Positions 1 to 10,212 of a stretch of 64,000 bases of DNA are shown here, one piece after another; the first letter of the stretch is position 1, and every line of letters starts with the position of its first letter. The notes beneath the pieces are model-generated. The model did no database searches, was not told where the DNA came from, and worked only from the letters and a program-made list of their open reading frames with translations. Made by a program: the position numbers and the translations under genes. Origin of the DNA: an uncultured Clostridium sp. (GTDB lineage Bacteria; Bacillota; Clostridia; TANB77; CAG-508); contig CAOJKP010000006.1 of assembly GCA_948438085.1 (NCBI GenBank), positions 3,284 to 67,283 on the forward strand, in the 5' to 3' direction.

Positions 1-2925
1 GCGTCTTCGAATATAACTTCTCCTAGATTGTTTATTACAAATTTATAACTATTATTATTTAGCTTGTATCCTATTGGTGGAGTTATTTCCTTATAATAAT
101 ATGTTCCTGGTTCTATTTTACTAAATATTACTTTTCCTTGCTTATTGGTTATAGCTTTTTGCTCTTTTCCATCTATTACAAGTATTTTTCCTTTACTATC
201 GTATATTCCTATTTCGGCTCCTTGCAATGCAACTACTGTGCCATATTTGTATTTTACAATTTCTACGCTTCCAGTTATTTTTTCGTTTTCTATTATTCTG
301 TTTCCTTCTATATCTATTATTGTTTCGTCTTCTTTAACTGTAAAGCTATATTTTGCAGTATTTAGTTTATATCCAACTGGTGCTTTTGTTTCTTTATACT
401 TATATGTTTTTCCTACTTGTAATCCTACAAATGTTACATATCCATTTTGGTTTGTTGTTGCTTTGTATTCCTTGTTTTCCTCATCTATTAATGTTATTTC
501 AGCTCCTGGTATTCCTATATTTGTTCCTTTTATAACTTTTCTAATTTCTACGTTTATTGTGTGTTTTTTATTATACAAAATACCTTTTGTGTCATTTTCA
601 AATTCGATTGTTCCATCTTCTTTTATTATAAATTTGTAATTATTTTTATCTAATTCATATCCTGTAGGTGGAGTTATTTCTTTATAATAGTATGTTCCTG
701 GCTCTAAACCATCAAATGTAATTCTTCCATCTGATGAAGTTATTCCTTTTAGTTCTTTTCCATTTAATATAACTAAATTTCCCTTATTATAGTATATTCC
801 TATTTCGGCTCCTGCAAGTTTTGTAGTAGTTCCCTCTTCGTATTTTACAATAGATATAGCTACTTTTATTCTTTCGTTTTCTATTATTCTATTTCCTGTT
901 ATGTCTACTATCCTTCCATCTTCTTCTACTTTAAAGCTATATTCGTTTTCGTTTAGGTTATAACCTAATGGAGCTGTAGTTTCTTTATATTTGTATGTCT
1001 TTTCTAATTGCAATCCTACAAATGTGACTAATCCATCTTTGTTTGTTATTGCTTTATATTCTTTTTGTTGGTCGTCTATTAATGTTATCTCTGCTCCTGC
1101 TATTCCTATATTTGTTCCTTTTAGGACTTTTTTAATGGTTACATCTACTAAATGTTTTTCATTATATAATATTCCTTTTGTGTCATTTTCAAATTCGATA
1201 TTTCCATCTTCTTTTACTATAAATTTATAAGTATTTTCATTTAGTAAATATCCTGTAGGTGAAGTTATTTCTTTATAATAATATGTTCCTGGCTCTAATC
1301 CTATAAATGTAATGTTTCCTTGTTCATTTGTTATTCCTTTTTGCTCTTTTCCATTTATTGCAAGTACGTTTCCATTATTATCATATAGTCCTATTTCTGC
1401 TCCTGCAAGTGGTGTAGTTGAGCCTTCTTCATATTTTATAATAGATACATTTACTTTTATTCTTTCGTTTTCTATTGTTCTATTTCCTACAATATCAACT
1501 ATTATTTCATTTGCTTCTACTCTGAAGCTGTATTCTTTTTCATTTAAAATGTATCCTAATGGTGCTTTTGTTTCTTTATACTTATATGTTTTTCCTACTT
1601 GTACTCCTACAAATGTTACATTTCCTTCGGAATTTGTTATTGCTTTATATTCATTGTTTGCTTCGTCTATTAAAGTTATACCAGCTCCTGCTATTCCTAT
1701 ATTGGTTCCTTTTATTACCTTTTTGATTGTTACATCTATTAAATGTTTTTCATTATATAATATTCCTTTTGTGTCATTTTCAAATTCGATATTTCCATCT
1801 TCTTTTACTATAAATTTATAAGTATTTTCATTTAGTAAATATCCTGTAGGTGAAGTTATTTCTTTATAATAATATGTTCCTGGCTCTAATCCTATAAATG
1901 TAATGTTTCCTTGTTCATTTGTTATTCCTTTTTGTCCTACTCCATTTATTTGTATAAGTTGTCCATTTTCTCCATATATTCCTATTTCTGCTCCTGCAAG
2001 TGGTGTAGTCGAACCTTTTTCATATTTTATAATGGTTACATTTACTTTTATTCTTTCGTTTTCTATTATTCTATTTCCTGTTATGTCTACTATTATTTCA
2101 TTTTCTTCTACCCTAAAACTATATTCATTTTCATTTAATGTATATCCTAATGGAGCACTAGTTTCTTTATATTTATACGTTTTTCCTACTTGTACTCCTA
2201 CAAATGTTACATATCCTTCTTGATTTGTTGTTGCTGTATATTCTTTGTTTTCTTCATCTATTAGGGTTATCTTTGCTCCTGGTATTCCTATGTTTGTTCC
2301 TTTTACTACTTTTTTTATTTGTACATCTATTAAATGTTTTTCATTATATAGAATACCTTTTGTATCATTTTCAAATTCAATACTTCCGTCTTCTTTTACT
2401 ATAAATTTATAACTATTTTCGTTTAGTAAATATCCGATAGGTGCTTTTATTTCTTTGTAATAATATGTTCCTGGCTCTAATCCTATAAGTGTAACTTTTC
2501 CTCGTTTATTTGTTATTCCTTTTAGTTTTTTTCCATTTATTTCTACAAGTTGTCCATCTTCTCTATATATTCCTATCTCTGCTCCTAAAAGTGGTATAGT
2601 AGAATCTTTTTCGTATTTTGTAATATCTATACTTACTTTTATTCTTTCGTCTTCTATTATTCTATTTCCTATAACATCTACTATTGTTCCATCTTCTTCC
2701 ATTCTAAAGCTGTATTCTGTTTGGTTTATATCGTATCCTAATGGTGCACTAGTTTCTTTATATTTATATGTTTTTCCTACTTGAACTCCTACAAATGTTA
2801 CATATCCTTCTTTATTTGTTGTTGCTGTATATTCTTTGTTTTCCTCATCTATTAATGTTATTTTTGCTCCTTCTAATCCAGTGGTTGTTCCTTTTATTAC
2901 TTTTTGTATTGTTACTTTTAACATT
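1..2925 (-). repeat. About 5 tandem copies of a 591-bp (197-aa) coding unit, each a pair of SpaA-like domains, inside the adhesin
   Basis: Near-identical protein blocks 'KKVIKGTNIGI.GA.ITLIDE.NKEY.A.TN..G.VTFVG.Q.GKTYKYKET.AP.GY...' recur. Antisense ORFs in the track recur at 1312 and 1903 (591-bp spacing). The array continues past the window edge. Confidence 0.85.
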
Positions 2926-5900
2926 TCTTCTGGTACTTTAAATGTATTTGTTATAGTTTTCGTTTCTTCATCATAACTTGCTACATAGAATCTTAAATCA
3001 TTTGCATTTACTTCTGTTTCAGAAATTGTGTATACTATTTCGTTTCCATTTTCATCGTATTTTTTTGCATCTGTAAATGTTATATCTTTATTGCTTTCAG
3101 TTGTTATTGTTGCTTCTTTTAATATTTCTGCTCCTTTTTTTAGTTGTATTTTTATATTTTGTGGTCTATGTACTTTTTGTAACTCTGTATCTACCCATAC
3201 TTTATGTCCTGTAATGCTTATTTTTTCTTCTGCCATATCACTTGGTACTCTAAATGTGTTTGTTATTGTTTTTGTTTCTTCATCGTAGCTTCCAACATAG
3301 AATCTTAAATCATTTGTATTTACTTCTGTTTCAGAAATTGTGTATACTATTTCTTCTCCATTTTCATCATATTTTGGTATATCTGTAAATATTATGTCTT
3401 TATTTCCTTCGGTTGTTATTATTTCTTCTTTTATTACTTCATTTCCATTTTTTACTTGTATTTTTATATTTACTGGTCTTTTTGTTTTTTGCAATTCTGT
3501 ATCTACCCATACTTTATGTCCTGTAATACTTATTTTTTCTCCTGCCATGTCACTTGGTACTCTAAATGTGTTTGTTATTGTTTTTGTTTCTTCATCGTAA
3601 CTTCCAACATAGAATTTTAAGTCATTTGTATTTACTTCTGTTTCAGAAATTGTATATACTATTTCGTTTCCGTTTTCGTCATATTTTTTTACATCTGTAA
3701 ATGTTATATCTTTGTCACTTTCAGTTGTTATTATTTCTTCTTTTATTATTTCATTTCCTTTTTTTAGCTGTAATTCTATACTTGTTGGTCGCTTTCCTTT
3801 TTGCAACTCTGTATCTACCCATACTTTATGTCCTGTAATATTTGTTTTTTCTTCTGCTATGTCACTTGGTAGGCTAAATGTGTTTGTTATTGTTTTTGTT
3901 TCTTCATCGTAACTTCCAACATAGAATTTTAAGTCATTTGTATTTACTTCTGTTTCAGAAATTGTATATACTATTTCGTCTCCGTTTTCATCGTATTTTT
4001 TTACATTTGTAAATATTATGTCTTTATTATCTTCGGTTGTTATTATTTCTTCTTTTATTACTTCTGTTCCTCTTTTTAATTGTACTTTTATGTTTTTTGG
4101 TCTATGTACTTTTTGCAACTCTGTATCTACCCATACTTTATGCCCTGTAATGTTTATTCTTTCGTTTACCATTTCTTCTGGTACTCTAAATGTATTTGTT
4201 ATGGTTTTTGTTTCTTCATCATAATTTGCTGCATAGAATTTTAAATCTTCTTCATTTACTTCTGCTTCTGAAATTTTATAGTTTATTATATTGTTATCTT
4301 TATCCAATTTATCTAATGCACTAAATACATATATCCATTCATTTGAGTTTTCTGGATTTTCATATGTTTTATCAACAATTTTACTTGCAACTACTTCCCC
4401 AGCTTCATTTTTAATTTGAAGTTTTATAGATGTTGGTCTTTTAGATTTATTTTCTTCATCATTCCATATTTTCTTTACTGTGATTGATTTTGCAATTTCT
4501 CCGTTTAACTCATTTTCAAATAGTAGCTCTATGTTGTTTTCATTTACATTGGAAATTATTCCATTTCCTTCCACTTTTTCAATTGTAATTTTTCCTGTAT
4601 CTTTATCTCTTGTAAATGTAATTTTCTTTATTTGTTCATCTTTTATATATTTTGAAGCTGAGTCAATTTCTGCTAATGTTATTTGTATTCTTCCTGTTCC
4701 TCTTATATTATTTAAATTAATTTTTCCTAATTCATCTGTTCTTATTTCCTTATAATAGTTTTCTCCACTTTCTGCTTCAACATGTACATTTATTAGTGTA
4801 TTTGGTACTTTATATTCATGGTTTAGATTATCTATTTTTATTACGTTTATTGAATACCCCTTATCTAAATCTGGATTTATACTTGTTGTATCTAAATTGT
4901 CATATAGTAATAAATGAACATATTCATCTCCATATTTTTCTACTTCAGCATTTCCGCTTTGTATGTATGCATTTGTTATTACTTTTATTCCATTTATTAA
5001 TGATACTTCTATTTTTAATATTATTGGAGTTGTATCTAATGCATATCCGAATGGTGCTTCTAATTCTGTTATTGTATATGTATATTCTCCACTCATATTT
5101 GGCATTGGAATATCTTGTAATGCCATTAGACCTTCTTTATAATCTTTCAATTCGTATAAATCGTTTCCGCCTTCTATTTTAACACTGTATTTTGCTCCTG
5201 TTAGAATTATATTATGGTCATTAGCATCTACCTTGTTTGCTCCCATAATGAATGTTCCATCTGGATAGTTTCTTATTCTAATTTTTACTTTTTTAGTATC
5301 GTTATCTATGTATGTATCAACATTACTTGTACAATTATCTAATTTTATCCAGCTATTTTCTTTATTTATATTTAATACTACTTGCTTTGGTTTTATATCA
5401 AATCTTCTTCCTGGTGGTGGTTCTATTTCTGTTATTTTTATGGTTGCTTTACCATTTCCATAAATATTATTTAAATATATTTTTCCATCTTCATCTGTTA
5501 GGCTAGTTTTTACTACTCCACTTTGTCCACTTTCATTATCTACTTTTAGTTTTATTTTTGCATCTTTAAATGTTATGCTTGAATAATATGCATCTGCTTT
5601 TATTAATTCTATGTCGTACTTTAGTCCTTCTTCATTCTTTTGATTTAATACACTTAATTCTATATATTCTGCATCTTGTCTTGTTACATCTGCATACTCA
5701 TTTTCTCCATCAATATATGCTTCTGCAATTATTCCATTTAGATATCTAACTTTTAGGTTTATTGGCCCACTTGTTATTCTATATCCTCCTGGTGCTTCTA
5801 TTTCATTTATTCTAAATGTATATGTTCCATCTGGTTTTAGTGGTAAGTTTATATAGTCTATTCCTTCTTCGCCAGTTATTAACTCATATTTTTCTGAAGT

Positions 5901-8900
5901 TGCTACATCTGTAATTTCAAATTTTGCATTTTTTAGTGTTATTAAATCGTCATCATAGTCTTGTTTTTGTATTGCAATTCCCATCGAACTTGGAGTTTCT
6001 TTTATTTTTACATTTACTATTTTATTTATATTGTCTACTTTTGCAGTTAAATTTTGATTATAGTTATTATCTAATAATGTTATTAGTTGCGATGTTTCAT
6101 CTCTATTAATTCTTATTGTATGCCTATTTTCATCTAATAAATATTCTGCTGGTTCTAATGTTTCTACTATTGTTATTGTAAAGTTTCCATATCCTAATAG
6201 TCCTCCAAATAGTATTTGTCCTTTACTATTTGTTTTTGCAATTTTTGATGTCGATTCTTTTGTTTCTTCATTATAAATATATATTACATATTGTGCATCT
6301 TTTACCTTTATTTTTTCATTAAATAGATGTACTTTTTCTAATAGAATTCCAAAATCTGGTTCAGCTTCTCCTGGTATTGGTCGTATTGGACTTGGAATAT
6401 TACCTTCTGGTTTTGGGCTTGGTGTTGGATTTATTGTTCCCCCTCCAGTAGTTCCGCTTTCCCATTGACTTTCACCAGATGTCCCACCTCCTCCAATTCC
6501 TGTCGCACTTGTATATGTTTTTTTATCACATCTTATATCTACTTTTATTACATTTTCTCCAACATAGTCAAAATCTGGGTCTATTTGTGCTGCAATTCTT
6601 CCTTCATCATCACATCGTCCTGAGATAATTTCTGCATGTTGCATTTTACCATTTGAATTATATGTTATACTTAAAATTACATCTTTATTTTTTATGTAAC
6701 TTTTATCTTGCATATATACATTTTTTATTAGGTATTCTTCTGTAGTATAGTACTCAGTATTTCCTAGTGATATTCTTGTTAAACCATATATATCAGTTGT
6801 TCCTTTTGATATATATGAACCTAATCTATATATTTCAAATGTTGTTCCTTTTATTTTTACACTATGATCTCGTATGTATTCATTTTCTATTATTATACTA
6901 TTGTATGGTTTTCCATAGTTTGGATCTGATGGATTATAGTCTCCTGGATTGTATTCACCTGGATTGTATTCACCTGGATTATAGTCTCCTGGATTGTTTG
7001 GTTCGTCTACTCCTATTATTGGAGTATAACTTAATGGTTTATTTTTTACTCTTATTGTTATCATGTTTCCATAGGTATTAAATGATATATCGCTTCTACT
7101 AATATTTACTAGTTCGCTATCTACTAATGTTAACCTTTTTGTTTGTTCATCTCTTGTAAATACTATTTTCCTTGTTTGTCCATTAAATTCATATCCTGAT
7201 GGAGATTTTGTTTCTCTTAATGTTACTATTATTTTTCCTGTTCCATATAAGCCTGATACATATATTCCTCGACTAAAGTCTGTTGTTCTTGTTAAGTGAT
7301 AATCTGTACCATTTTGTTGAGTAATGCTAATATCAAATTTTGCTCCGTCTAATTTTGTATTGTAATTTTTTGAACTAACTTTATCTATGTGTAATGAATA
7401 TGTGTCTCCTCCTGTTATTGAGGTTTTTGTTCTTGAGTCTCCTATCTTTAAAAATATTCTTTTTCCACTTGCATTTTTTTGTATAACTGATGTTTGATAC
7501 TCGTCTCCTAACCCTTGTACTATTTCACATGTTTTAATGTTGTTATAATTGTCAAATGTTATATCTAATGCTATTTTTTTTGCTTTTTCATATCCTGAAG
7601 GTGCGTTTATTTCTTCTATAATATATCTTCCTGATACTGCCCCTGAAAGGTAAAGTGCAGTGTTTCCTCTTGTTAATGTTTCAACTATTCTTGTACCGTT
7701 TGGCATAGTAATCTTAAATCTTGCTTTTTTAAGTCCTAAGTCACGATTTTGGTTATCAACTTTTTTAATTTCTAATATTGGTGTCTCTTTCCATGTACTT
7801 TCTGCATAGTCTTTTTCATTGTACATTGTTACATATATTGTATTTTCATACATTCTTACATTTGATGTACTAGATAATAGTGAAATTGAACTCATTAGAT
7901 TTTGTTTGTTTATAGTTATTGTTTGTTTTCCGCTTTGCTTTTTGTATCCAATTGGTGCTCTTGTTTCTTCAACTTCAATTTTTATTGTTCCTCTACCATT
8001 TAAGTTAGATACTGATGTAGTACCATCTGAAGTTGTTCTTGAATAATTATTTTTAACATCTGATTGTGATACTGTAACATTAAATCCTGTTGAATATTCT
8101 ATTAGTTCATCTGTTTCAGAGTCCCTTTTTTCTATTACAATGTTATATGGCACTACTTTTTCTTTTTTTACATTTTCAACTTTTAAAGTTATTTTTCCAG
8201 TTTCATCTATTTTTACAGATGGATCTTCTGATGTTACATTTATTTGTCCAGCTTTGTTTTCTACTTCTATTATTACTGGTGTTTTATCTGATGCATATCC
8301 TAAAGGTGCTGAGGTTTCTATTATTTGTACTATTGATTTTCCTTCTGGAAAATATAATTTATTAAAATTAAGTATTCCATTTTTGTTTGTTGTACTATCT
8401 GTTGTCATTCCTCCTACTTCTGGATAGCTTACTCTTATTTTAAATGTTGCACCTGCAAGTTTTATACGATTGTCTTCTAAATCTACTTTTTCAATTTCGA
8501 TTGTTTTAAATTTTGTAGTATCTACATCTCTTCCATATCGATTTATAACTTTTAGCCTGATATCTACTTGTGTATAGTCCTCTTCTTCATATTGATCGTA
8601 TTCTTGGTCTACTATATGATAATAGCTTAATCCATCTAATACATTCATATAGCTAATTTCTAATACACCTTCTGGTGTATATTCATAATATGCTTCAAAT
8701 CCTATATCTTCATCTATTCTTTCGTATCCTACTGGTACACTTTCTTCTGTAATCCAGAATGTTAACTTTCCTTCTGACTCAGTTAAATGTTGTGGAAATA
8801 CTGAACCTAAGCTATTTATTATATCTCCATCTGTTAGTTTAGCAAGACCATTCTCATCTGTTTTTAATTTCCATTTTGTTCCTGTGCTATTTTCTCTTAA

Positions 8901-10205
8901 TTCCATTACTACATCTTTAAGTGGCCTTAAGCTTTCATCTACTTTTGTTATATACAAGGTATTATTTACTCTTTTTCCTGCTAAATTTGATTGTGAATTT
9001 TTTAAATAGTTTGTTCTATTTATTATAATTACTTTTTCTTCATCGTTTATTATTACATTTTCATTAGGCTCTACTAATTCATATTTTCCTTCTGCATTTG
9101 TTTGGAATTCTACTTTAAATTCACTTCTATCAAATTTGTACCCATCTGGTACTTTTGAACGTTTTAATCTTAATAATAATTTTTCACCTGACATTGCTTC
9201 TGATACTATTTCTCCAGATGTTGAAGTTGTTTTATTAATGGTTGTTATACGTGAAATTTGTTGAGCTGTAGCTTTTTGGATTATTTTATATCTTACACCT
9301 TCTATGAAGTCACCTGTATCTACATCTTTTTCTATTATTTTAATTGTATAATCTCCAAAAGGTCCATTTGTTCCGCTTCTTTGTAGTTGCATATCTATAT
9401 CAGCAATTTTATTTTTATATGTTCTTTCGATTTCTTCTTTTATATTTACTTGTACATCTCCTGAGATAATTGATGCTCCTGAAATTGTTCCTGATTCATC
9501 AAATGTAATATTTAAATGTATTTTATTTATTTTTTCATATCCATACACATCATCTATTTGTTCTATTTCATATAGAAAATCTCCTATTCCTGGTGCAACA
9601 AGATTATCAATTTTTGCAATTCCATCTTCATCACTTTCAATTTGTGAAAGTGTTCCATTTGGAGCTAATACTTCAAATTTTACATTTGGTATTTTAATAT
9701 CATTATCTTTTTTATCTTTTACATTTATTCTTAATATATTTTGATTATTTAAATATGTATTTTGATGTATTAAGTATAAAGTGTCTTCTTCAACATTTGC
9801 TATAATTTCTTCTGATTTATTTCCATATATTTCTATTCCATTTTCATTGGCATTTACTCTTATTCCAACGTAATTCTTTTTTGTATCTTTTTCATATCCT
9901 TGTGTTATACTTGTTTGTTTAATATATATGGTCATATTACTTTTTCCTGGTATATTTGGTATTACTAAGTTTCCTTGTGCATTTGTTGTTTGATCTTTAT
10001 ATTCTTTTGTCTCTCCACTACTATATTTTATGTTAATATCGTATTTTGTATTTTCAATTCCTACTCCATCTTCTTTGTCTTGATTTTTTAAATTAATATT
10101 AAAGTTATGTTCTAATATTTTATCATAGTATAACTTAAGTGTTAGAATACCATTTTCAGTTATTTCACCTTTTTGGTTTGTTCCACTTACTTTTGTATTT
10201 AGCAT
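1..10205 (-). CDS. Giant cell-surface adhesin, partial (C-terminus lies beyond position 1): more than 3,400 codons of SpaA/prealbumin-fold and Cna-B type Ig-like domains
   Basis: My own translation of the minus strand from ATG 10205-10203 stays open to the window edge. No closed minus-strand ORF is listed in 1-10212, which fits one ORF running off the edge. Recurrent motifs: 'G.Y...E..AP.GY' (SpaA-like) and 'ITGHKVWVDTELQK..RP..I..QLK.G...YDENG.EIVYTISETEVN.NDL.FY..SYDEETKTITNTF' (Cna-B). There is no signal peptide after this ATG. Confidence 0.85.
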   Translation of the reverse strand, partial: MLNTKVSGTNQKGEITENGILTLKLYYDKILEHNFNINLKNQDKEDGVGIENTKYDINIKYSSGETKEYKDQTTNAQGNLVIPNIPGKSNMTIYIKQTSITQGYEKDTKKNYVGIRVNANENGIEIYGNKSEEIIANVEEDTLYLIHQNTYLNNQNILRINVKDKKDNDIKIPNVKFEVLAPNGTLSQIESDEDGIAKIDNLVAPGIGDFLYEIEQIDDVYGYEKINKIHLNITFDESGTISGASIISGDVQVNIKEEIERTYKNKIADIDMQLQRSGTNGPFGDYTIKIIEKDVDTGDFIEGVRYKIIQKATAQQISRITTINKTTSTSGEIVSEAMSGEKLLLRLKRSKVPDGYKFDRSEFKVEFQTNAEGKYELVEPNENVIINDEEKVIIINRTNYLKNSQSNLAGKRVNNTLYITKVDESLRPLKDVVMELRENSTGTKWKLKTDENGLAKLTDGDIINSLGSVFPQHLTESEGKLTFWITEESVPVGYERIDEDIGFEAYYEYTPEGVLEISYMNVLDGLSYYHIVDQEYDQYEEEDYTQVDIRLKVINRYGRDVDTTKFKTIEIEKVDLEDNRIKLAGATFKIRVSYPEVGGMTTDSTTNKNGILNFNKLYFPEGKSIVQIIETSAPLGYASDKTPVIIEVENKAGQINVTSEDPSVKIDETGKITLKVENVKKEKVVPYNIVIEKRDSETDELIEYSTGFNVTVSQSDVKNNYSRTTSDGTTSVSNLNGRGTIKIEVEETRAPIGYKKQSGKQTITINKQNLMSSISLLSSTSNVRMYENTIYVTMYNEKDYAESTWKETPILEIKKVDNQNRDLGLKKARFKITMPNGTRIVETLTRGNTALYLSGAVSGRYIIEEINAPSGYEKAKKIALDITFDNYNNIKTCEIVQGLGDEYQTSVIQKNASGKRIFLKIGDSRTKTSITGGDTYSLHIDKVSSKNYNTKLDGAKFDISITQQNGTDYHLTRTTDFSRGIYVSGLYGTGKIIVTLRETKSPSGYEFNGQTRKIVFTRDEQTKRLTLVDSELVNISRSDISFNTYGNMITIRVKNKPLSYTPIIGVDEPNNPGDYNPGEYNPGEYNPGDYNPSDPNYGKPYNSIIIENEYIRDHSVKIKGTTFEIYRLGSYISKGTTDIYGLTRISLGNTEYYTTEEYLIKNVYMQDKSYIKNKDVILSITYNSNGKMQHAEIISGRCDDEGRIAAQIDPDFDYVGENVIKVDIRCDKKTYTSATGIGGGGTSGESQWESGTTGGGTINPTPSPKPEGNIPSPIRPIPGEAEPDFGILLEKVHLFNEKIKVKDAQYVIYIYNEETKESTSKIAKTNSKGQILFGGLLGYGNFTITIVETLEPAEYLLDENRHTIRINRDETSQLITLLDNNYNQNLTAKVDNINKIVNVKIKETPSSMGIAIQKQDYDDDLITLKNAKFEITDVATSEKYELITGEEGIDYINLPLKPDGTYTFRINEIEAPGGYRITSGPINLKVRYLNGIIAEAYIDGENEYADVTRQDAEYIELSVLNQKNEEGLKYDIELIKADAYYSSITFKDAKIKLKVDNESGQSGVVKTSLTDEDGKIYLNNIYGNGKATIKITEIEPPPGRRFDIKPKQVVLNINKENSWIKLDNCTSNVDTYIDNDTKKVKIRIRNYPDGTFIMGANKVDANDHNIILTGAKYSVKIEGGNDLYELKDYKEGLMALQDIPMPNMSGEYTYTITELEAPFGYALDTTPIILKIEVSLINGIKVITNAYIQSGNAEVEKYGDEYVHLLLYDNLDTTSINPDLDKGYSINVIKIDNLNHEYKVPNTLINVHVEAESGENYYKEIRTDELGKINLNNIRGTGRIQITLAEIDSASKYIKDEQIKKITFTRDKDTGKITIEKVEGNGIISNVNENNIELLFENELNGEIAKSITVKKIWNDEENKSKRPTSIKLQIKNEAGEVVASKIVDKTYENPENSNEWIYVFSALDKLDKDNNIINYKISEAEVNEEDLKFYAANYDEETKTITNTFRVPEEMVNERINITGHKVWVDTELQKVHRPKNIKVQLKRGTEVIKEEIITTEDNKDIIFTNVKKYDENGDEIVYTISETEVNTNDLKFYVGSYDEETKTITNTFSLPSDIAEEKTNITGHKVWVDTELQKGKRPTSIELQLKKGNEIIKEEIITTESDKDITFTDVKKYDENGNEIVYTISETEVNTNDLKFYVGSYDEETKTITNTFRVPSDMAGEKISITGHKVWVDTELQKTKRPVNIKIQVKNGNEVIKEEIITTEGNKDIIFTDIPKYDENGEEIVYTISETEVNTNDLRFYVGSYDEETKTITNTFRVPSDMAEEKISITGHKVWVDTELQKVHRPQNIKIQLKKGAEILKEATITTESNKDITFTDAKKYDENGNEIVYTISETEVNANDLRFYVASYDEETKTITNTFKVPEEMLKVTIQKVIKGTTTGLEGAKITLIDEENKEYTATTNKEGYVTFVGVQVGKTYKYKETSAPLGYDINQTEYSFRMEEDGTIVDVIGNRIIEDERIKVSIDITKYEKDSTIPLLGAEIGIYREDGQLVEINGKKLKGITNKRGKVTLIGLEPGTYYYKEIKAPIGYLLNENSYKFIVKEDGSIEFENDTKGILYNEKHLIDVQIKKVVKGTNIGIPGAKITLIDEENKEYTATTNQEGYVTFVGVQVGKTYKYKETSAPLGYTLNENEYSFRVEENEIIVDITGNRIIENERIKVNVTIIKYEKGSTTPLAGAEIGIYGENGQLIQINGVGQKGITNEQGNITFIGLEPGTYYYKEITSPTGYLLNENTYKFIVKEDGNIEFENDTKGILYNEKHLIDVTIKKVIKGTNIGIAGAGITLIDEANNEYKAITNSEGNVTFVGVQVGKTYKYKETKAPLGYILNEKEYSFRVEANEIIVDIVGNRTIENERIKVNVSIIKYEEGSTTPLAGAEIGLYDNNGNVLAINGKEQKGITNEQGNITFIGLEPGTYYYKEITSPTGYLLNENTYKFIVKEDGNIEFENDTKGILYNEKHLVDVTIKKVLKGTNIGIAGAEITLIDDQQKEYKAITNKDGLVTFVGLQLEKTYKYKETTAPLGYNLNENEYSFKVEEDGRIVDITGNRIIENERIKVAISIVKYEEGTTTKLAGAEIGIYYNKGNLVILNGKELKGITSSDGRITFDGLEPGTYYYKEITPPTGYELDKNNYKFIIKEDGTIEFENDTKGILYNKKHTINVEIRKVIKGTNIGIPGAEITLIDEENKEYKATTNQNGYVTFVGLQVGKTYKYKETKAPVGYKLNTAKYSFTVKEDETIIDIEGNRIIENEKITGSVEIVKYKYGTVVALQGAEIGIYDSKGKILVIDGKEQKAITNKQGKVIFSKIEPGTYYYKEITPPIGYKLNNNSYKFVINNLGEVIFED
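2926..4500 (-). repeat. Four near-identical 312-bp (104-aa) Cna-B domain repeats plus one diverged copy, inside the adhesin
   Basis: 'ITGHKVWVDTELQK..RP' occurs 4 times with a 312-bp period (track antisense ORFs at 3028 and 3340). The diverged first copy reads 'ITVKKIWNDEENKSKRPTSIKLQIKN'. Confidence 0.85.
6931..7005 (-). repeat. Five 15-bp tandem units encoding a (G[DE]YNP)n linker inside the adhesin
   Basis: Plus strand reads ggattatagtctcct / ggattgtattcacct x2 / ggattatagtctcct / ggattgtttggttcg. The protein reads PNNPGDYNPGEYNPGEYNPGDYNPSDP. Confidence 0.8.
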
Positions 10206-10212
10206 ATATCTA

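Noticed and set aside
1-4500. Regular 312-bp and 591-bp periodic repeats (and the 42-bp repeats at 47031-47450) as a possible CRISPR or satellite array
   Set aside because: The repeats lie inside long open reading frames and encode Ig-fold domains or coiled-coil heptads. There is no short direct repeat with unique spacers and there are no cas genes.
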